A stretch of DNA of 61,086 nt, the filler included, from Bipalium vagum (lineage: Eukaryota), in the NCBI GenBank assembly GCA_037834085.1. It is 3 parts of 3 records of this genome, joined end to end, with 100 filler letters (N's around TTAATTAATTAA, not from the genome) between each part and the next. Parts side by side here need not be neighbours in the genome. Positions count along the whole stretch, not along the records: positions 41,152 to 61,086 come from JBBMKC010263650.1; 2 more parts are not named here. One strand, given 5' to 3'. The notes beneath the pieces are model-generated. The model searched no databases and was not told the origin of the DNA. It saw nothing but the letters and a program-made list of their open reading frames with translations. Position 1 is the first letter of the stretch. Every line of letters starts with the position of its first letter. A program made the translations under genes and the position numbers. Shown one piece after another: positions 47,990 to 61,086 of this stretch.

Positions 47990-50900
47990 AAAGATACATA
48001 TAAGTAGTCTTTTCCTGATCCAAGTTTTGTGTTAATTCGACGATGAACAACTCCCTCTATTAGGCAAAACTCACAAACAAGGTCTTTCTTCATCGAAGCC
48101 CTAACGCTTAACCTTACCTTAATCCACTTGGTACTCGCCACACTCACTTCTCATTTTCTTCTGACACTTAGCCAGTCCAGACAAAGAGACATCGTTATAT
48201 CCTTTCCAGCCTTAAACCTTGCCTTAACTATGTGCCTTAAATAATCAGTAGCAAACACACGGAATACGAGGTTTAAGCTCGCCAGGTATTGGAAACATTG
48301 TACGATACTACAGGTATGGTAATCATCGTAAGAAGGAATGATACCAAATCCCCTGAAGGCCGAAGGGCGTAGGGATTGGCTATGTTTGTACCTTGTACCT
48401 TATAAGCATACGTGATTCTCTTGAATTTAGGGCGCATTTTTTCATCCTACTCAAACTTTATTTCTCATTCAATCAAATCAATCAAAACAGAATGTTAATT
48501 GAAAATTAAATTAAAACAATCAATTAATTAAAACAAAAATTATGTTAAAATAATAATTACCAAATAATAAATACGAATCAATTTAATGTTAAGGAAAAAT
48601 TATAAATAAAAACAATTTTAAGATTTGTCTTCGTTTCAGCATCCCGAACTATCAGCTGAGCCTTTACAGTTGCTTTATAGATAACTCTATGATGGGGAAC
48701 TTAAGCACAATCCCACGAAAAATTTTTTGCATTAAATAAAAGTACAACTATAATAATTTTTTACTATAAATCTTTGGTAGAGGAATTCTTCGTCAATAAT
48801 CGATAAAATTCTTGAAAAATCTTCGTTAAAAATCTTTTAAAATCTTGCTAATGAAACTCTTGAAAATTTTTCCAGAGCGAGATTGTGAGGAAATGCTTCT
48901 CCTTATATACTGATTCTAAACTAGTCAGTTTGAAGACAAGAAAACTACAAATTACCATATTTGCTTCTTGGTCATTTTTGGGGAGCTAATTGTTTCATTT
49001 TCCTTTTGTTGGTCTGCCAAAGTCACAAACCGTGATGATTATAATAATAAATAATAATAAATAAATAAAATACTTATTAAAAAAATTAAACCTTTAAAAT
49101 TGAAGATTAAAATAATTCTAAAAAGCAATATATCCAAGTTCATTTTCACGGCCACTGGCTTATTAACCTTATACAAGAACCGTTTTGGATCCTTAGAGGA
49201 TATACCCCTCCTCCCTGCATTCATGATCATCTTCGAATCCGCATTTTCGTTCTCGAGTAATGAGAACATAGAGATCAGTTCTTCATGTGTTTCTTTTTTT
49301 AATTTCCTGGACTGGGAAAAATTTTATCCCACCTACCACTACGACCAGCTCCAACTTAATTCTATACAAGTTCGGTGCTGCAAAAGAGCCCAATCCTTCA
49401 GACAATAGTCGATGGCATATTTGTAAACAAAATGCGTAAAATCATTGTCACCTTGCAGTGATAGTTCCCGCAAAATGAATGGCATAAGAGCAATTTGTTC
49501 GAAAATATTGGAATGTTTTTTTATGAGAAAATTGTAAAATTCCTTCTACTTCACACTCAGTTCAATCCTTGCGGGATCCAGAAGTAACATCTGGTGCGAG
49601 AACTTATTCCTATAAAGAGGATCTAGTGTTTTCCTTCCCAGTGTAACAACCAAAGCATAATCTTCCAGTCGGACATTGCACCAAAAAAGACACGTAATTC
49701 TACCGCTTTCTTTTTGAGTAGGTCTAAGTTTATGTTTGGACTGATAAAATGATTGACGCGTTACTTAAGACATCAGACCGGATAAGAGCCTGAATCGCCA
49801 CTTAGTCAATCAGAGTTCATATCTTCCGGATACACTGTATTTATAAAACCAGGAAGATTTGATTTTTGGATGATTTTGATATGTCTGTTTAAACGTTGCT
49901 TTCTTGTTCTTTATCACATATAGGTATTTTATAGAAACTGGAATACTTCTTCTGGTGTTTGGAAATAGAAACTCAAATCATCTCACTTTCTGATAAATTT
50001 CCTCCAAAGAAATTGACCTCTTCATATGCGGAAAAGATACTTCTTAGTCATTTCTTCTCAAGTCTATTGGTTCCTTATTCAACGTTGATTTTAAGTCTAC
50101 CGCCTATCTTGTTTCCAGGTTTTCAAAAAGGGTTGTTCAATTTTCTTTGAATTTTTTCCATAACTCTTTTTTGGCCTGGTCTCAAGTCACAACATATACA
50201 TATTTTTTAATTCCTCCAAGACTTCAGAATCATTTTTCTAAATGTACTCAATAGTTTTCTTAACCAGGGTCTTGAATTGCTTTTTTCATCTGATTTTATC
50301 GGCCATATTTATCCATTCTCTTCTTTCAATCTTTGATTTGGTACTATTAATTATCTTTGGATGATTCCTAGATATACTATTGGCATGGATAATTTCTTTA
50401 ATCAGCGATTCCGGGCTCACTGTCTTATCTCTCCTCCAATGAAATAGCGATGGATTTCAGTTCACAGGCTGGATATCCTCTTCAAAAAGTATCAGTCGAG
50501 CTCTCTAAAGTGAAGTTTTAGTGATAAGGGTAATGTTAGCGATTATTTTTTATTATTTATTTTAAAACTAAATTTGAATATCAATTAGAAAAGCAAATTA
50601 AATATTTTCATATTTCATATTTAATATTAATTTAATATTTAATGTTCATATTTAATTATGCAACAATTTATAATCATAGAAGATTTAATATTTAATATAA
50701 CGAATTAATTCTATATACGGAAAATTTATTAGTCTTTTTGTTAAATAAATAAATTTATTGTTTTTTTCCAATTACCACGGATATGTTTTTAAATGTACAA
50801 TATATTTTTATTTTTATTAATATTATAAATTTTCTTTTTGATTGTTTTACCTAATCATTTTAAATAATATTTTAAATAGATGACCTTGAACGTTCATATT

Positions 50901-51770
50901 AGAAGTTATGCTAAAATATTTACGGGAATATGTTTAAAGCGATACCCATACCTAGTTAAACCTTTAAACAATTTGGAAACCAAAGTCAATGATAACTACC
51001 AAGATATGGAATACAAAAAATCACTAATGTCTAATTTCGAATTACGGAAACTGAAAGAAGAACAGATTCAAAAGGCCTATTTGGAGGCATCCGATGAAGA
51101 AAAAGATAATTTTGCTATCAATTCCGAAATCATGACTGTCAAAGAGTGTGTTGAGATGTGGTCGAAAAAGTACGAGCAGTTAAATTTCGACAAACCAGTA
51201 ATAGATGTGGATAAATCAATAAAGCAAAGTACGGAAATCAATAAATTAAAAACAAAATGGAGTTATTTTTCTAAAAGTAGAATCATATTCGGACCAAATA
51301 CAATTCTGTCTCGTTAATCAGCGCTTATCACCTACAGACAAGTTTCAATGGTTCCTACCGATCTTTGAGTTCGATAACAATTTCTCAGGCTTGAAACAGG
51401 TTTTGAAAAATACCGAATCGAGCCTCGCTCGCTTATTTCTAAGATTATTCTTTCCAGAAGCTCGAAAGTCGCCTTGCTAAACCGGAAAAAGTGACGATAT
51501 TTAAAATGCCCTCATACTGTTACACCTACAAATACAAAGGCGAAACGATAAAAGTTTGATTAGTTTTTTGGTTTCGCTTCTCCTTTTTATGTGTTTAGGT
51601 GTTCATTCTCAATGGTTTCGTGCAAAGAAATGATAAGATAGATTCCAGTGTCTTGAAAGACGACGAAAACATCTCCCAAACGGTCTGGTCAACTTTGGGT
51701 GAGTTGGGTAATTATGTCAAATCTTCAACGTTGTCCAAAGTGATAAAATCATGCGTGAAGGAATTTTAAT
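47990..51770. other. Cluster of decayed intronless orphan ORFs separated by AT-only spacers
   Basis: Coding-like blocks at ~48445-48000 (-), ~49040-48600 (-), ~50530-49100 (-) and 50880-51770 (+), each with scattered stops and frameshifts; no family recognised. Confidence 0.45.
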
Positions 51771-52934
51771 GATGAATAAATCACAAGTTTCTCATTTGAA
51801 TAAGTTTTATTAAATTGATTGATTGAATTTATAAAATAATCGATAATTTAATAATTAAAATTTAATCAGTTTTTGATATTGTATTTAATGTTCTAAAATT
51901 AAAGATAAAATGTTATTGAATTAATTGAATTGTAAGGATATTTAATGATTAATGAGACTTAAGTTTATTATTATTTGATAATTTTTTTAAGAGTGCTTAA
52001 ATTATTTTTAGATTAATTTTCCTGTCTTCTGATCCTTATTTGTTTTAATATAATTAATTATGGCTTACATGTTAGACCTGGTATTATATTGAATTTTTAA
52101 CATAAATTAATAAGATCATGAAAGAATTTCATTAAGTAAAATAAGATCTGAAAATAAATTTAAGTGTTTTTAGTAATATTGATTCATCTAAAAATAAAGT
52201 CATGAAATGTCTTTCTGAATGGTCATAATTTAATTGATATTTTCAATAAAATAATATGCCAATTCTGTAACTTATCATTTCGTATAATACCTGAAGAACT
52301 TAGTTTACGTAAATCTACATTTTTCAAGAAATTCTTTCTTTTAATAGAAATTAGAACGTTTTCGAAAATTCAAATAGATTACATTTCCAAAACAGGATGA
52401 CATGATAATATATAATATCAGGTAATCAAATAGAGCATGAAAGAATTTTATATTTGACTTACAAGAGTTGGAAAAAATAAATTAGCTTATTGATTTAAAT
52501 TTACAAATAATTGTTATTTTACAATTAATGAAATATTTTAAATAATATAAGAAAGATTAATTTTAAAATGTTATGAAATTTCCTTCTTGTTGGTCTTGAT
52601 TCGTTTTAATATTAGTTAAGTGTTCTTTAGTATACTAATGGAAAATTAAAATGTGTAAAAAAGTTTTAGCCTTTATTCATTTTAAAAAATATCTATTTTA
52701 AGATGTCAATGTTGAAGAAAATATAAATTATATCTTATTTTTAAACAGTTTCGAATTTATCAAAATTTTGTTGGGTTAGCCAAGGACACATCCCTGTTAA
52801 CCCTAGTAAAATTTATGTTAAAGACCATAAAATGGTCTAGAATATTTATAATTATTAAGACTGCAAAAGGGTCAGAAGTAAAAAAATAATTATAAAGTAC
52901 AACTTAATTAAAAATAAAAAGGGGCAATTAATTA

Positions 52935-53342
52935 TCTTATAAAAACGATCAAATCTTGACAATGGCGAACCAAAATTGCCAAGATTAGATCATTGTTCGC
53001 AACGAAGCACCGACTTAGTAATTTATTATCTAAAAAGGGAAATGACATTCTCCATTAATCAAGATGGTCTACGACTGATTAGTTGTCTGACCAGAATGGT
53101 ATATAAGGAGTTGGAATCCGCAGGGAGATCAAGAAAATGTTTGGTTTATTTTGTCGGAAGAGTCAAAATTTTGTTACTGTTGTCCGAAGATTCACAAGGA
53201 TTCAAAAATGTAAATTAATATTTATGCCCTCTATACGACAGGAGTTCACGGCGGGTCCTGTGCTGTTAGGGGGTTTCTGAATGAACCGGATTGGGCTTAG
53301 GAAACCACCCTTTGGACCTGTCGTCGTCACAACTGGTGAGAG
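52935..53342 (+). repeat. LTR-like repeat with TATA-like box, structured 3' part, ACA end and PBS-like TGG
   Basis: Purine tract at 52911-52924 upstream; TATATAAG at ~53100; ends gtcgtcACA (53331) followed by ac-TGGTGAGAGT; homologous to 17748-18090. No clear TG start. Confidence 0.55.
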
Positions 53343-53689
53343 TATTGTCATTTTGTTTTTTAAATTTAATTTTGACAATAAATTATTTAACTGATATTTG
53401 ATTTAATTATTCAATTGATTATTATTATTGAATTTTTAGTGTGATCGACTATTGAGCATTTAATTTTGTGATTGAAGACATTTTATGGATTACTTGAGAT
53501 ATTTTGTTTGTTATTGTTATTTTTGTAATAGTGTTGTTCGTAATTGTTTTGATTCATTCATTTGCGTATACGTATTGACAAAAGTGAAGAGGTCAGTAAA
53601 CTTTACGAGCTAAGTGTTACAATAACGTTCATAGTAAAATAAAAGACTAACAATAATAATTATTTTTAAAAAATATGATATTAAATAAT

Positions 53690-54200
53690 TGAATAAATAA
53701 GGGTACCCTAAATTGTGGTATCCCGGCCAATATTTATTAAGCACTTCAAAGGTTTCATTCATAAATTTCTTCCTCTTGTATTGTTTTTCTATTATTTTTT
53801 TATTATTCTCAAAACTCATCATTATTCAAAAGTAAATCTTATTTGATTTTAATGTTCTCAAAATTGCGTTTGTTTAAATTGATCAACTAAATCATAAACT
53901 TTCGTTTGTATTTTAAAAAATTTTCTTCAAAAGACAAATCCGAATGTCTTCCTTTTTTCCAAAAGCATATCAATGTGGTGTTTTATGGGAAATTTTATTT
54001 TCTGATGATGTTATTATCATTAAGATTTTTGATATTTTCGTTTATTTTTTTGTTCTAAATGAATTGGTTTACCTTTCGTTTTTATCGTATTTGTCAGATG
54101 GGTACATCCAATATCATATTTATCAGCCATGAACGCGTCTTCGTTCTTCTCAATTATCTTTCGTAATTTGTCATCTTCCTTCTACATTACATAGCGTATT
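53690..54200 (-). mobile_element. Heavily deleted gypsy-like pol relic
   Basis: KLRKIIEKNEDAFMADKYDIGCTHL..IKTKGKPI (pre-RT region) and ETFEVLNKYWPG (pre-integrase-like region). Confidence 0.5.
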
Positions 54201-55493
54201 GTTCAAGTCTTCTTCCTCGTTGTTTTTAATTTTGTATTGTTGTTTTAAAAAATATCCAAATTTTTTAAAAGAAACTTCATTCCACTTATCAATTCAAGGA
54301 TGACACTTTCTAAAACTATGAATTTTACAACTTTTCTATCTCTAGTATATGGCTCCCATTAGCTCACTACTAATAGAGCTTAGTCTTTTGGATAAACAAA
54401 TATTTTTCCAGAAGAAAATTTCTCAATGTTTCTATTGTCACCGTTTCAGAATAATGCCTGTGAAGATATCATAATGTAACATTAATCCATGTACATGTAT
54501 GAATTTCAGTCATGAAGAAAAATAAAATAATGATGTACCAAATTATTAATTATTATTTTTTAATTATTTTTATTTATATTTTTTTTTATAATTTTAGGAA
54601 TATTTAAGTACCACAGATTTGTTTATTATTTTTATAAAATTTTAATTTATAAATGGAGCTATATTTTTTCAAATCCTTTATCTAAGCCAAAAAATATAAA
54701 TAGTGAATTAAATGAAATTGAAAATTCTGTGATTGTTTCCTTTCTCTGCTTCTTCATTATTGTTATAATGATACATGGGATTATTTTTTTCACTGTATAT
54801 ATTGTCCTACTTTTAACAATGGAACCATTGGCCTATAGTTGAGATAGGAAAATTAATTTGAAAGTTAAATTTTTGTTTTATAATTATAATTATTTTCAGT
54901 TTTTTAAAAATAAATTATATAATAAAATAGTGAAATCATAAAATTATGAAAATTATTTAATTAAAAAAATTTTAAAGTCATAAAATCTTAAAAATCAATA
55001 TTTGTAAAAATTTATAAATTATTAAAATCGGAAAACAGAAAAGTCATAAATTTGAAGATAGCAAACATTTGAATTAAGGACTTTTATTATTTTATTTCTA
55101 CACATATTTAAAATAAATATTCATCAATACTATATTGTACTACTTTTTTGTGTAAATCTCTTTAATATTCTTTATAAACAGTTAGGTGCCACTAATTTAT
55201 TTAAATGTGAGGGTAATCACTTAATTTTTTTACCTAATTTTTTTGTTTCATATTAAGATAGTTAAGCCATTCGTTAAAGACCAAAAGTATATATACAGAT
55301 AAAAAGAAAAAAATAAAAATAAAGATACAGGTAAAATTACTTATGATTTCAATAAAGATAATGTGAAGACTACGAAGACAAAAAACAACAGGACCAGAAG
55401 GACCAACAACAAGTGCAACCTCAACCAGTTCAGACAGTCAGAAGGTGTAACTTCGGTTCAGCCTGAGAAACGTTATCAATAAATTAACATTAT

Positions 55494-55640
55494 TTGTGTA
55501 TCTGACAATTTTTATCGAATTATTCTTCTCCTTGTATACTTGTTATTGTCGAAAATTGTGTCTATTGTGTTTCTGACAATTGTTATCATTATCGAATTAT
55601 TCTTCTCTTCTGCACTTGTTATTATTGAAAATTGTATGTT
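55494..55640. repeat. Imperfect ~72-bp tandem duplication
   Basis: tctgacaatt...tatcgaattattcttctc...acttgttatt..gaaaattgt occurs twice. Confidence 0.8.
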
Positions 55641-57699
55641 TATAAAAAAAATATATGTTGTAAACATATTTTGAAATAAAGTTGATAAGTAAATATTGTA
55701 AACCGATTTTGACCGAAAAATAATAAAACGAAAATTAAATGATAATCAAATAATAATAAACGATAAGTAAATAATAATAAATTAAAAGTAGATAATATAT
55801 AAAATATATAGTAAATATATTTATATATATCTTAAATCTAATAATCTTATAGCAATACAATAATTTACTAAAGGTTATTTTTTCTTGAATGCTAGAACCT
55901 GAGACGTATGATTACTGTTCGTAGAGTTCAGAGTGGAGTTCCGAATATTGTTCTGAATATTGTTCTGAATGTTCGTTCTAGCTTTCATCTGGAATTCGTC
56001 GGGTTTCTGATTCTCTTGTTCGTTTTTATTTTGTCCTTCGATACTGAAACACTTCAGTATTTATATTATTTTATTTTTCTGTATTTTTAATTATAGTAAC
56101 TTTATGTTACTATCTTTATAATTTACCTTAAAATTTTTTACTATAAATTTATTTATAGTAACATTTATTAAAATTTTTATTGAAAAAACTATTTATAGTA
56201 ACTTTATGTTACTAAACAAATTTTTCCTAATATTTTATATCAAATATTATTTTTATTATATATAAATATTATCAATTATTTTATATCAATATTAATCATC
56301 AAAATGATTAATTTTTAATTAATTATAATTATAATAATATTTTTTTTATATTTTATATATTATTTTATTACTATAATTTTATATTTTATTTTATATTTTA
56401 TATTTTATATTAATTAATCAGATAAGAAGGGGAATTATTAAAATCAAAATCAGAGTTTTAACTCTTACATGAAACAAATAAATAAATAATATTACACAGA
56501 ATTATATTTGTTTTTGTACATAAAATGAAACAATAAATGATCACTAAAAATGATAAAAATCAATGTTATAATGGTATTATTTCTGAGGCTTTGATTGCTT
56601 TGGTTGGATTGAAGTTTTTGAAGGGTTCGGTTGATTTAGTTGGCCTAAAGACGGGAGTCTCCGCATTATCTACAAGATTGCTAAAGTTAGATAAATTACT
56701 TAGGTAAGTCATTTTAATAGATGGTCTCTTAGCCAATAGTGAGAGAAAGAATTCAAAGGTTTTTACCCCAGAAAAGACAGAGTAAGAAGAATGCATGGAA
56801 GAATAAATGGAGAAGAGTTTGTCTTTAGGGCATTTAAGATTGTTTAAAAGAATAGATGCGGGACAGCAAGCGTTTGTTTTTAAAAGACATGAAGGACAAT
56901 GCAGCAGGAATTCTAAGAAGTTATCAGAAAAGTGGTTAAAGAAATATTGCATAAATATCAAAGTAATATTGATATTTACACTGTTCTTATTTCAAAATCT
57001 ATTCCTTTTTGGCTCAATGTTATTATTATTGATAATATTTTCTTTATTATTTTCTTCTGTTTTTTCAAATTTTCTTCCTTTTCTTATTATTTTTTTAAAA
57101 ATTATTTTTATTATAAATATTTTTACTATTATTAATAATAATAATATTATTATTGTTGTTGTTGTTGTTGTTTTTATTTATTACTTTATTATTCTTATTA
57201 GATTTATTTAATTTATTATCATTATTGTTTTTGCTATTTTCGTTTTTTAATTTATTAATTAACAACGAATAATTCAGTACCCCATTTTTGAATTTTGAGT
57301 CGTTATTATTTAATATTTGATTATTAGTTTGAAAGAGAGGAGTCTTAATGATCGGAGTACTGAAAGGTCTCGATCGTTGATGGACATATTGATTATTTAT
57401 TAGAGGTAGAGGGAAAGAGATTGATTGGTATTGAAAATAGCAAAATTGTCCACGGGGATGATTTAAGTTAGAGTAAAAATTCGAGTTTATATTATTATAA
57501 GGAATAACAGGTTTATATACAGGATATGGATGATGATGAATGGAATAGGGAGAGATGGGAAAAAAACCAGGATATATATAGGTTGGAGTTATAATTAGAG
57601 TTTAAGTGCCTATTTAGTGATTTTAAGTTGAGAAGCTATTCTTGTGATTGTACAATACTTCACGCTGAATCAGAATTCTTTCTAATTCTGTTATTGTTA

Positions 57700-58190
57700 A
57701 TTCTCTTATTTTGGCTAAATATATCTGGATGATTGCTTAGAAAAGAGACTATTAGACAAGAAAACATAAGTAAAAAAATAGTTTTGACTCCAATAGCAAG
57801 TTTTCACTACGAAATTAAAATAAAGTGTTACAATAAGAAACAAGTCATACTTTGTTCATAAAGATTGTAATTCAAATAATAGCCAAGAATTTTGACAAAT
57901 TGAGGAATATTGGTCAATAGTGAAAGGAATAATAAAGAAAACCGGTAAGGAATTACAAAATCAACAGACAGTTCCAATCCATGTTGCAGTGAGCTTCAAA
58001 AAAGTTTGTCAAGCAGCTTTGCAAAGCTAATGGAACCAACCAAACAAGCAGACCGCTCAGTAACACAGTGTACTTTACCTTATTAAGTTTTTAGTTATAT
58101 GTAATGTTATTTACGTACTGTTATGAAATAAAAAATTTTACTATACTGGACGTGGTAGTCTTTCCTAAACTATGAGTCCTATGTGAGCCG
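57700..58190 (+). mobile_element. Decayed DD37E-like transposase C-terminus
   Basis: CLEKRLL...ASFHY...FVHKDCNSNNSQEF*QIEEYWSIVK. Confidence 0.55.
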
Positions 58191-59172
58191 TTTATGATGC
58201 ATTCACTATTTTTCTAAAATTATATATTCTTACAATAAATATTCAAAATAGGCAGATGGAAATCAATTTCTACACCAAAAAATATTAGCATTAGATTTCA
58301 GCTTACCCATCAGTATTTGGACATTCTATATGGTAATTTTATTTGCATGATTACCCCATTTACACCGGAAGTTTCCAAAACATTTTTCACTGGTGATCGA
58401 GATACATCTAATTGTTGAGCTATATTGCATTGTGAAATATTTGTTTCTTCTAACTATTTGCCCACGATTTATTTTCCAATACAATTTCATTACCAACCAC
58501 TATTGACACCAAATCTGATTTCCATAAAATAACAAAAGAGCACACATCTCCTAAAACTTTATAAGTATGTCAGAGTTTTCTTAACCACTCTTTATTATAA
58601 TTATTGTTTTATTTTTTATGATTTCATAATAAAAGGGAACAAAATACTTATGTCTCACATAAATAAGAGAATAAATGAAAATATCTATATTATTGATTAC
58701 ATTGATGCACACCAAAACCTAATCTTTGAGAAATGTTCCCTTATCATAGAACAATAATATTTTTTAAGAACCATGTGATTTATCTAAAAACAAACAATGT
58801 ACAGCAAAACGTGAGGAATAAAAGTGTAAGGGTTAATAATAACCCAACCTCATGTTTTCAAATATATATTTGAGAGTCGATATGTAAACGCTCTCATCAC
58901 TGTTATCTTGTTTGCATTAGCTTAATAGAAAGGATGAAATTTCTATGATTTCCGTTTTATGTTTCACTTCCTTTTAGCTTAGTGAATTTAAATATTTCCC
59001 TCAATGTAGAAATTCATCAATATATCCTTGCTAGAGGTCCTCATTCAAATCATGGAAGTAAAACAATTGTGGAGATGTACAACAATAAAAAATGCAAAAA
59101 TATTTTCTTTCTTTCTTGAGAATTATTTATTTACAAATTTTAAAATTGTCCTTCATTTTTGTGACACATGAA

Positions 59173-60010
59173 ATGATTTTACTTATTTTTTTGGCTTTAT
59201 TTATTTTTACGGTTGATTCCAGTAAAATATTCCAATTGAATGAAACATGTATTTCTACGAATGCACGACTCCTGATATTGCGATCTTCGATTGAGTGCGC
59301 CATTCAATGCTACATGATCAATAGTCATGGTTTCCAGTTTGAAACGAAGAGCCTAACGTGTATGTTGTATGAGAAACTTGAAATATGTCAATCCAATATC
59401 ATATGTTCCACAATGACTTTATTTGCCGCCAATAAACAATTTAATGTGACGGTAAGATGCGCTTAATTTTTAAGTTATTTTTTATTTTTTAGTGCAACAC
59501 AAATGACAAAAGTCCTAGAAACCGTATACTTCAAAATCTAGCCGGACATCTTGGATTAAAGGAAACTGAATATATGGTGAAGGAAATAAATAATAAGAGC
59601 TCATATATCAAGCATAACAATAATTCGGTTTTGATAGTTTTGGGTACCGTAAAAAGCAGCAAGTTATTTATTTTAAGATATGGTTTTAAAGAATGTTTCA
59701 AAGCTTTGGACAAATACCCATGTTCTCAATTTATCAACGATTTGATGATGTACGCAAAAATTCTAATATATGTTTAATCCAAAAGGAACAATATAAAATG
59801 AACAACCCTAAAACCCAATTAGTAATCGATGTTATCGACAGGAATGAGAACCAAATTACAACAAGTTTTCTCGCAAGAATAATTGAAAAAAAGTGTCATT
59901 TGGTCTTTAGTGATAAAAAAATATTAAAAACACTAAATCAAAATATTCTTCAAAAATTCAATGTTTGTCCGTCGATAGAGCTTGCCAAGGAAGGAATTTG
60001 CAACCCGTAA
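59173..60010 (+). CDS. Secreted protein with signal peptide and PAN/Apple-like Cys domain; probable frameshift near 59742
   Basis: Exon 59173-59451 MILLIFLALFIFTVDS-SKIF...SSIECAIQC...GFQF...TCMLY; 41-nt GT-AG intron; exon from 59493 in frame with ORF 59574; C-terminal part continues in another frame (59693..60010). Confidence 0.65.
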
Positions 60011-60337
60011 ATTTTCTTGGGTATTTGAAAAGTCATCTAATTTTATTTTTAATCACTTCAAAATCATCAAAAATGTGGTGAATGTGTAACTCATAATTTT
60101 ATCTATTGTGCTTATTTTATTTATAAATGTGATAAAATAAATGTTTAGAAATTTTTTTTCATTTTATGTAGCAAAATGTGTTCCTTATATTTTGGTCTAG
60201 AGGAGTACCAACGTACACTTGAGTTACTCTAGTGATGAATTTTGTGCGGAAAATATTTTTTAACATAAAAAAATTAATTTTTAAAAATTAAAAATTTTAT
60301 ATATTTATGTAATTGTTTTATTATGTCATTTTAAATA

Positions 60338-61086
60338 CAATGCCGTCCATATATTTTGGGCCAACCTGTAAATATCGAAATAATTGTAGATTACGAGTTA
60401 TATTAAAAGTTTTATGATTTGAAATATGATTTGAAATATGATTCAGAAATATGTTCATGTTAGCTTTAAAACTCATTAAAAAATTATTTTAAAAGATTAT
60501 TGTATAATTATTAAAATAGATTTGTTATGTTAAGGCGTTTTTTACATTTTGATGTCATTTAAATATATAAACTATTTTAAGGATAAATTAAATTTTTAAG
60601 TAAAATCTATATGTGTAACATTTTGCTAATACTTAAGTAATATATATTTTTAATTTTAGAAATTCTTTTGTTAAATATGGCTAAGATAACCATAGATATT
60701 CGGAAACTGGTGATTAAGAAATTGAAAAAGGGTTTGTCCCAGAGGAAAATTTCAAATGAACTCAATATTTCAAGGAATGAGAAACTTAAATAAAAGTCGT
60801 CGTAGACCGAAAAATACAGAAAGATCACTTATTCGGATGTCAAAGAAAAATCCCCATAAAACAGCACGTGATCTTTTTATCAATTGGAAAATAAGCCAAA
60901 CTAACTCACTTAGTACTGTGAATCGCATTCTGAAAAAGTATGGCTTATCCGGACGAATTGCAGCGAAGAAACAATATTTAAACGAGCGACATATAAAAAA
61001 TCGTTCAACGTGGTGCAGAGATTATAGCAAACTGCTTCCTTCTTTTTGGAATGAGGTGATTTTTTCTGATGAAAGTCGCATAGAAC
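60338..61086 (+). mobile_element. Tc1 element 5' part (TIR plus transposase N-terminus), running off the window end
   Basis: TA|caatgccgtccatatattttgggccaacc; ATG 60677 MAKITIDIRKLVIKKLKKGLSQRKIS...GLSGRIAAKKQYL...WNEVIFSDESRIE. Confidence 0.85.

Noticed and set aside
56807-57211. Hydrophobic F/I/L/N-rich ORFs (also 12120..12314, 24061..24315, 30862..31104)
   Set aside because: Translations of AT-rich low-complexity DNA
58581-58838. TTAA-CC...GGG-TTAA piggyBac-like MITE
   Set aside because: Terminal similarity is too short and gapped to support
1-61086. CRISPR arrays, rRNA/tRNA genes, prokaryotic operons
   Set aside because: No repeat-spacer periodicity or structural RNA gene seen; spliceosomal introns show the DNA is eukaryotic

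Overview
Very AT-rich eukaryotic (animal) genomic scaffold. The 42-61 nt introns, AAT microsatellites and TE spectrum suggest a planarian-type flatworm, which is an inference. Two 100-nt assembly gaps split it into three contigs. Two ion-channel genes are well supported, both on the minus strand: a two-pore channel TPC2 (17 exons reconstructed by hand, 14077->3050, with the last exons apparently outside the window) and an intronless Shaker/Kv1 channel (30093->28555) carrying a Kv1.4/Aplysia-type MEVA N-terminus. There is also a secreted PAN/Apple-domain gene and a weak orphan gene head-to-head with TPC2. Most of the rest is decayed mobile DNA: many Tc1/mariner relics (DD34E, DD34D, DD37E, DD41D, MITEs), a Penelope-like GIY-YIG 3' end followed by a minimal hammerhead ribozyme, a Polinton/adintovirus-like relic (A32-like ATPase plus two oppositely oriented pPolB copies), gypsy integrase/pol relics and a structured LTR-like repeat. 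The best candidates for something undescribed are two blocks of decayed intronless orphan ORFs (about 20.8-26.9 kb and 47.9-57 kb), the LTR-like repeat with conserved hairpins, and a hairpin containing the first 12 nt of let-7. None of these can be established as a new system from sequence alone.
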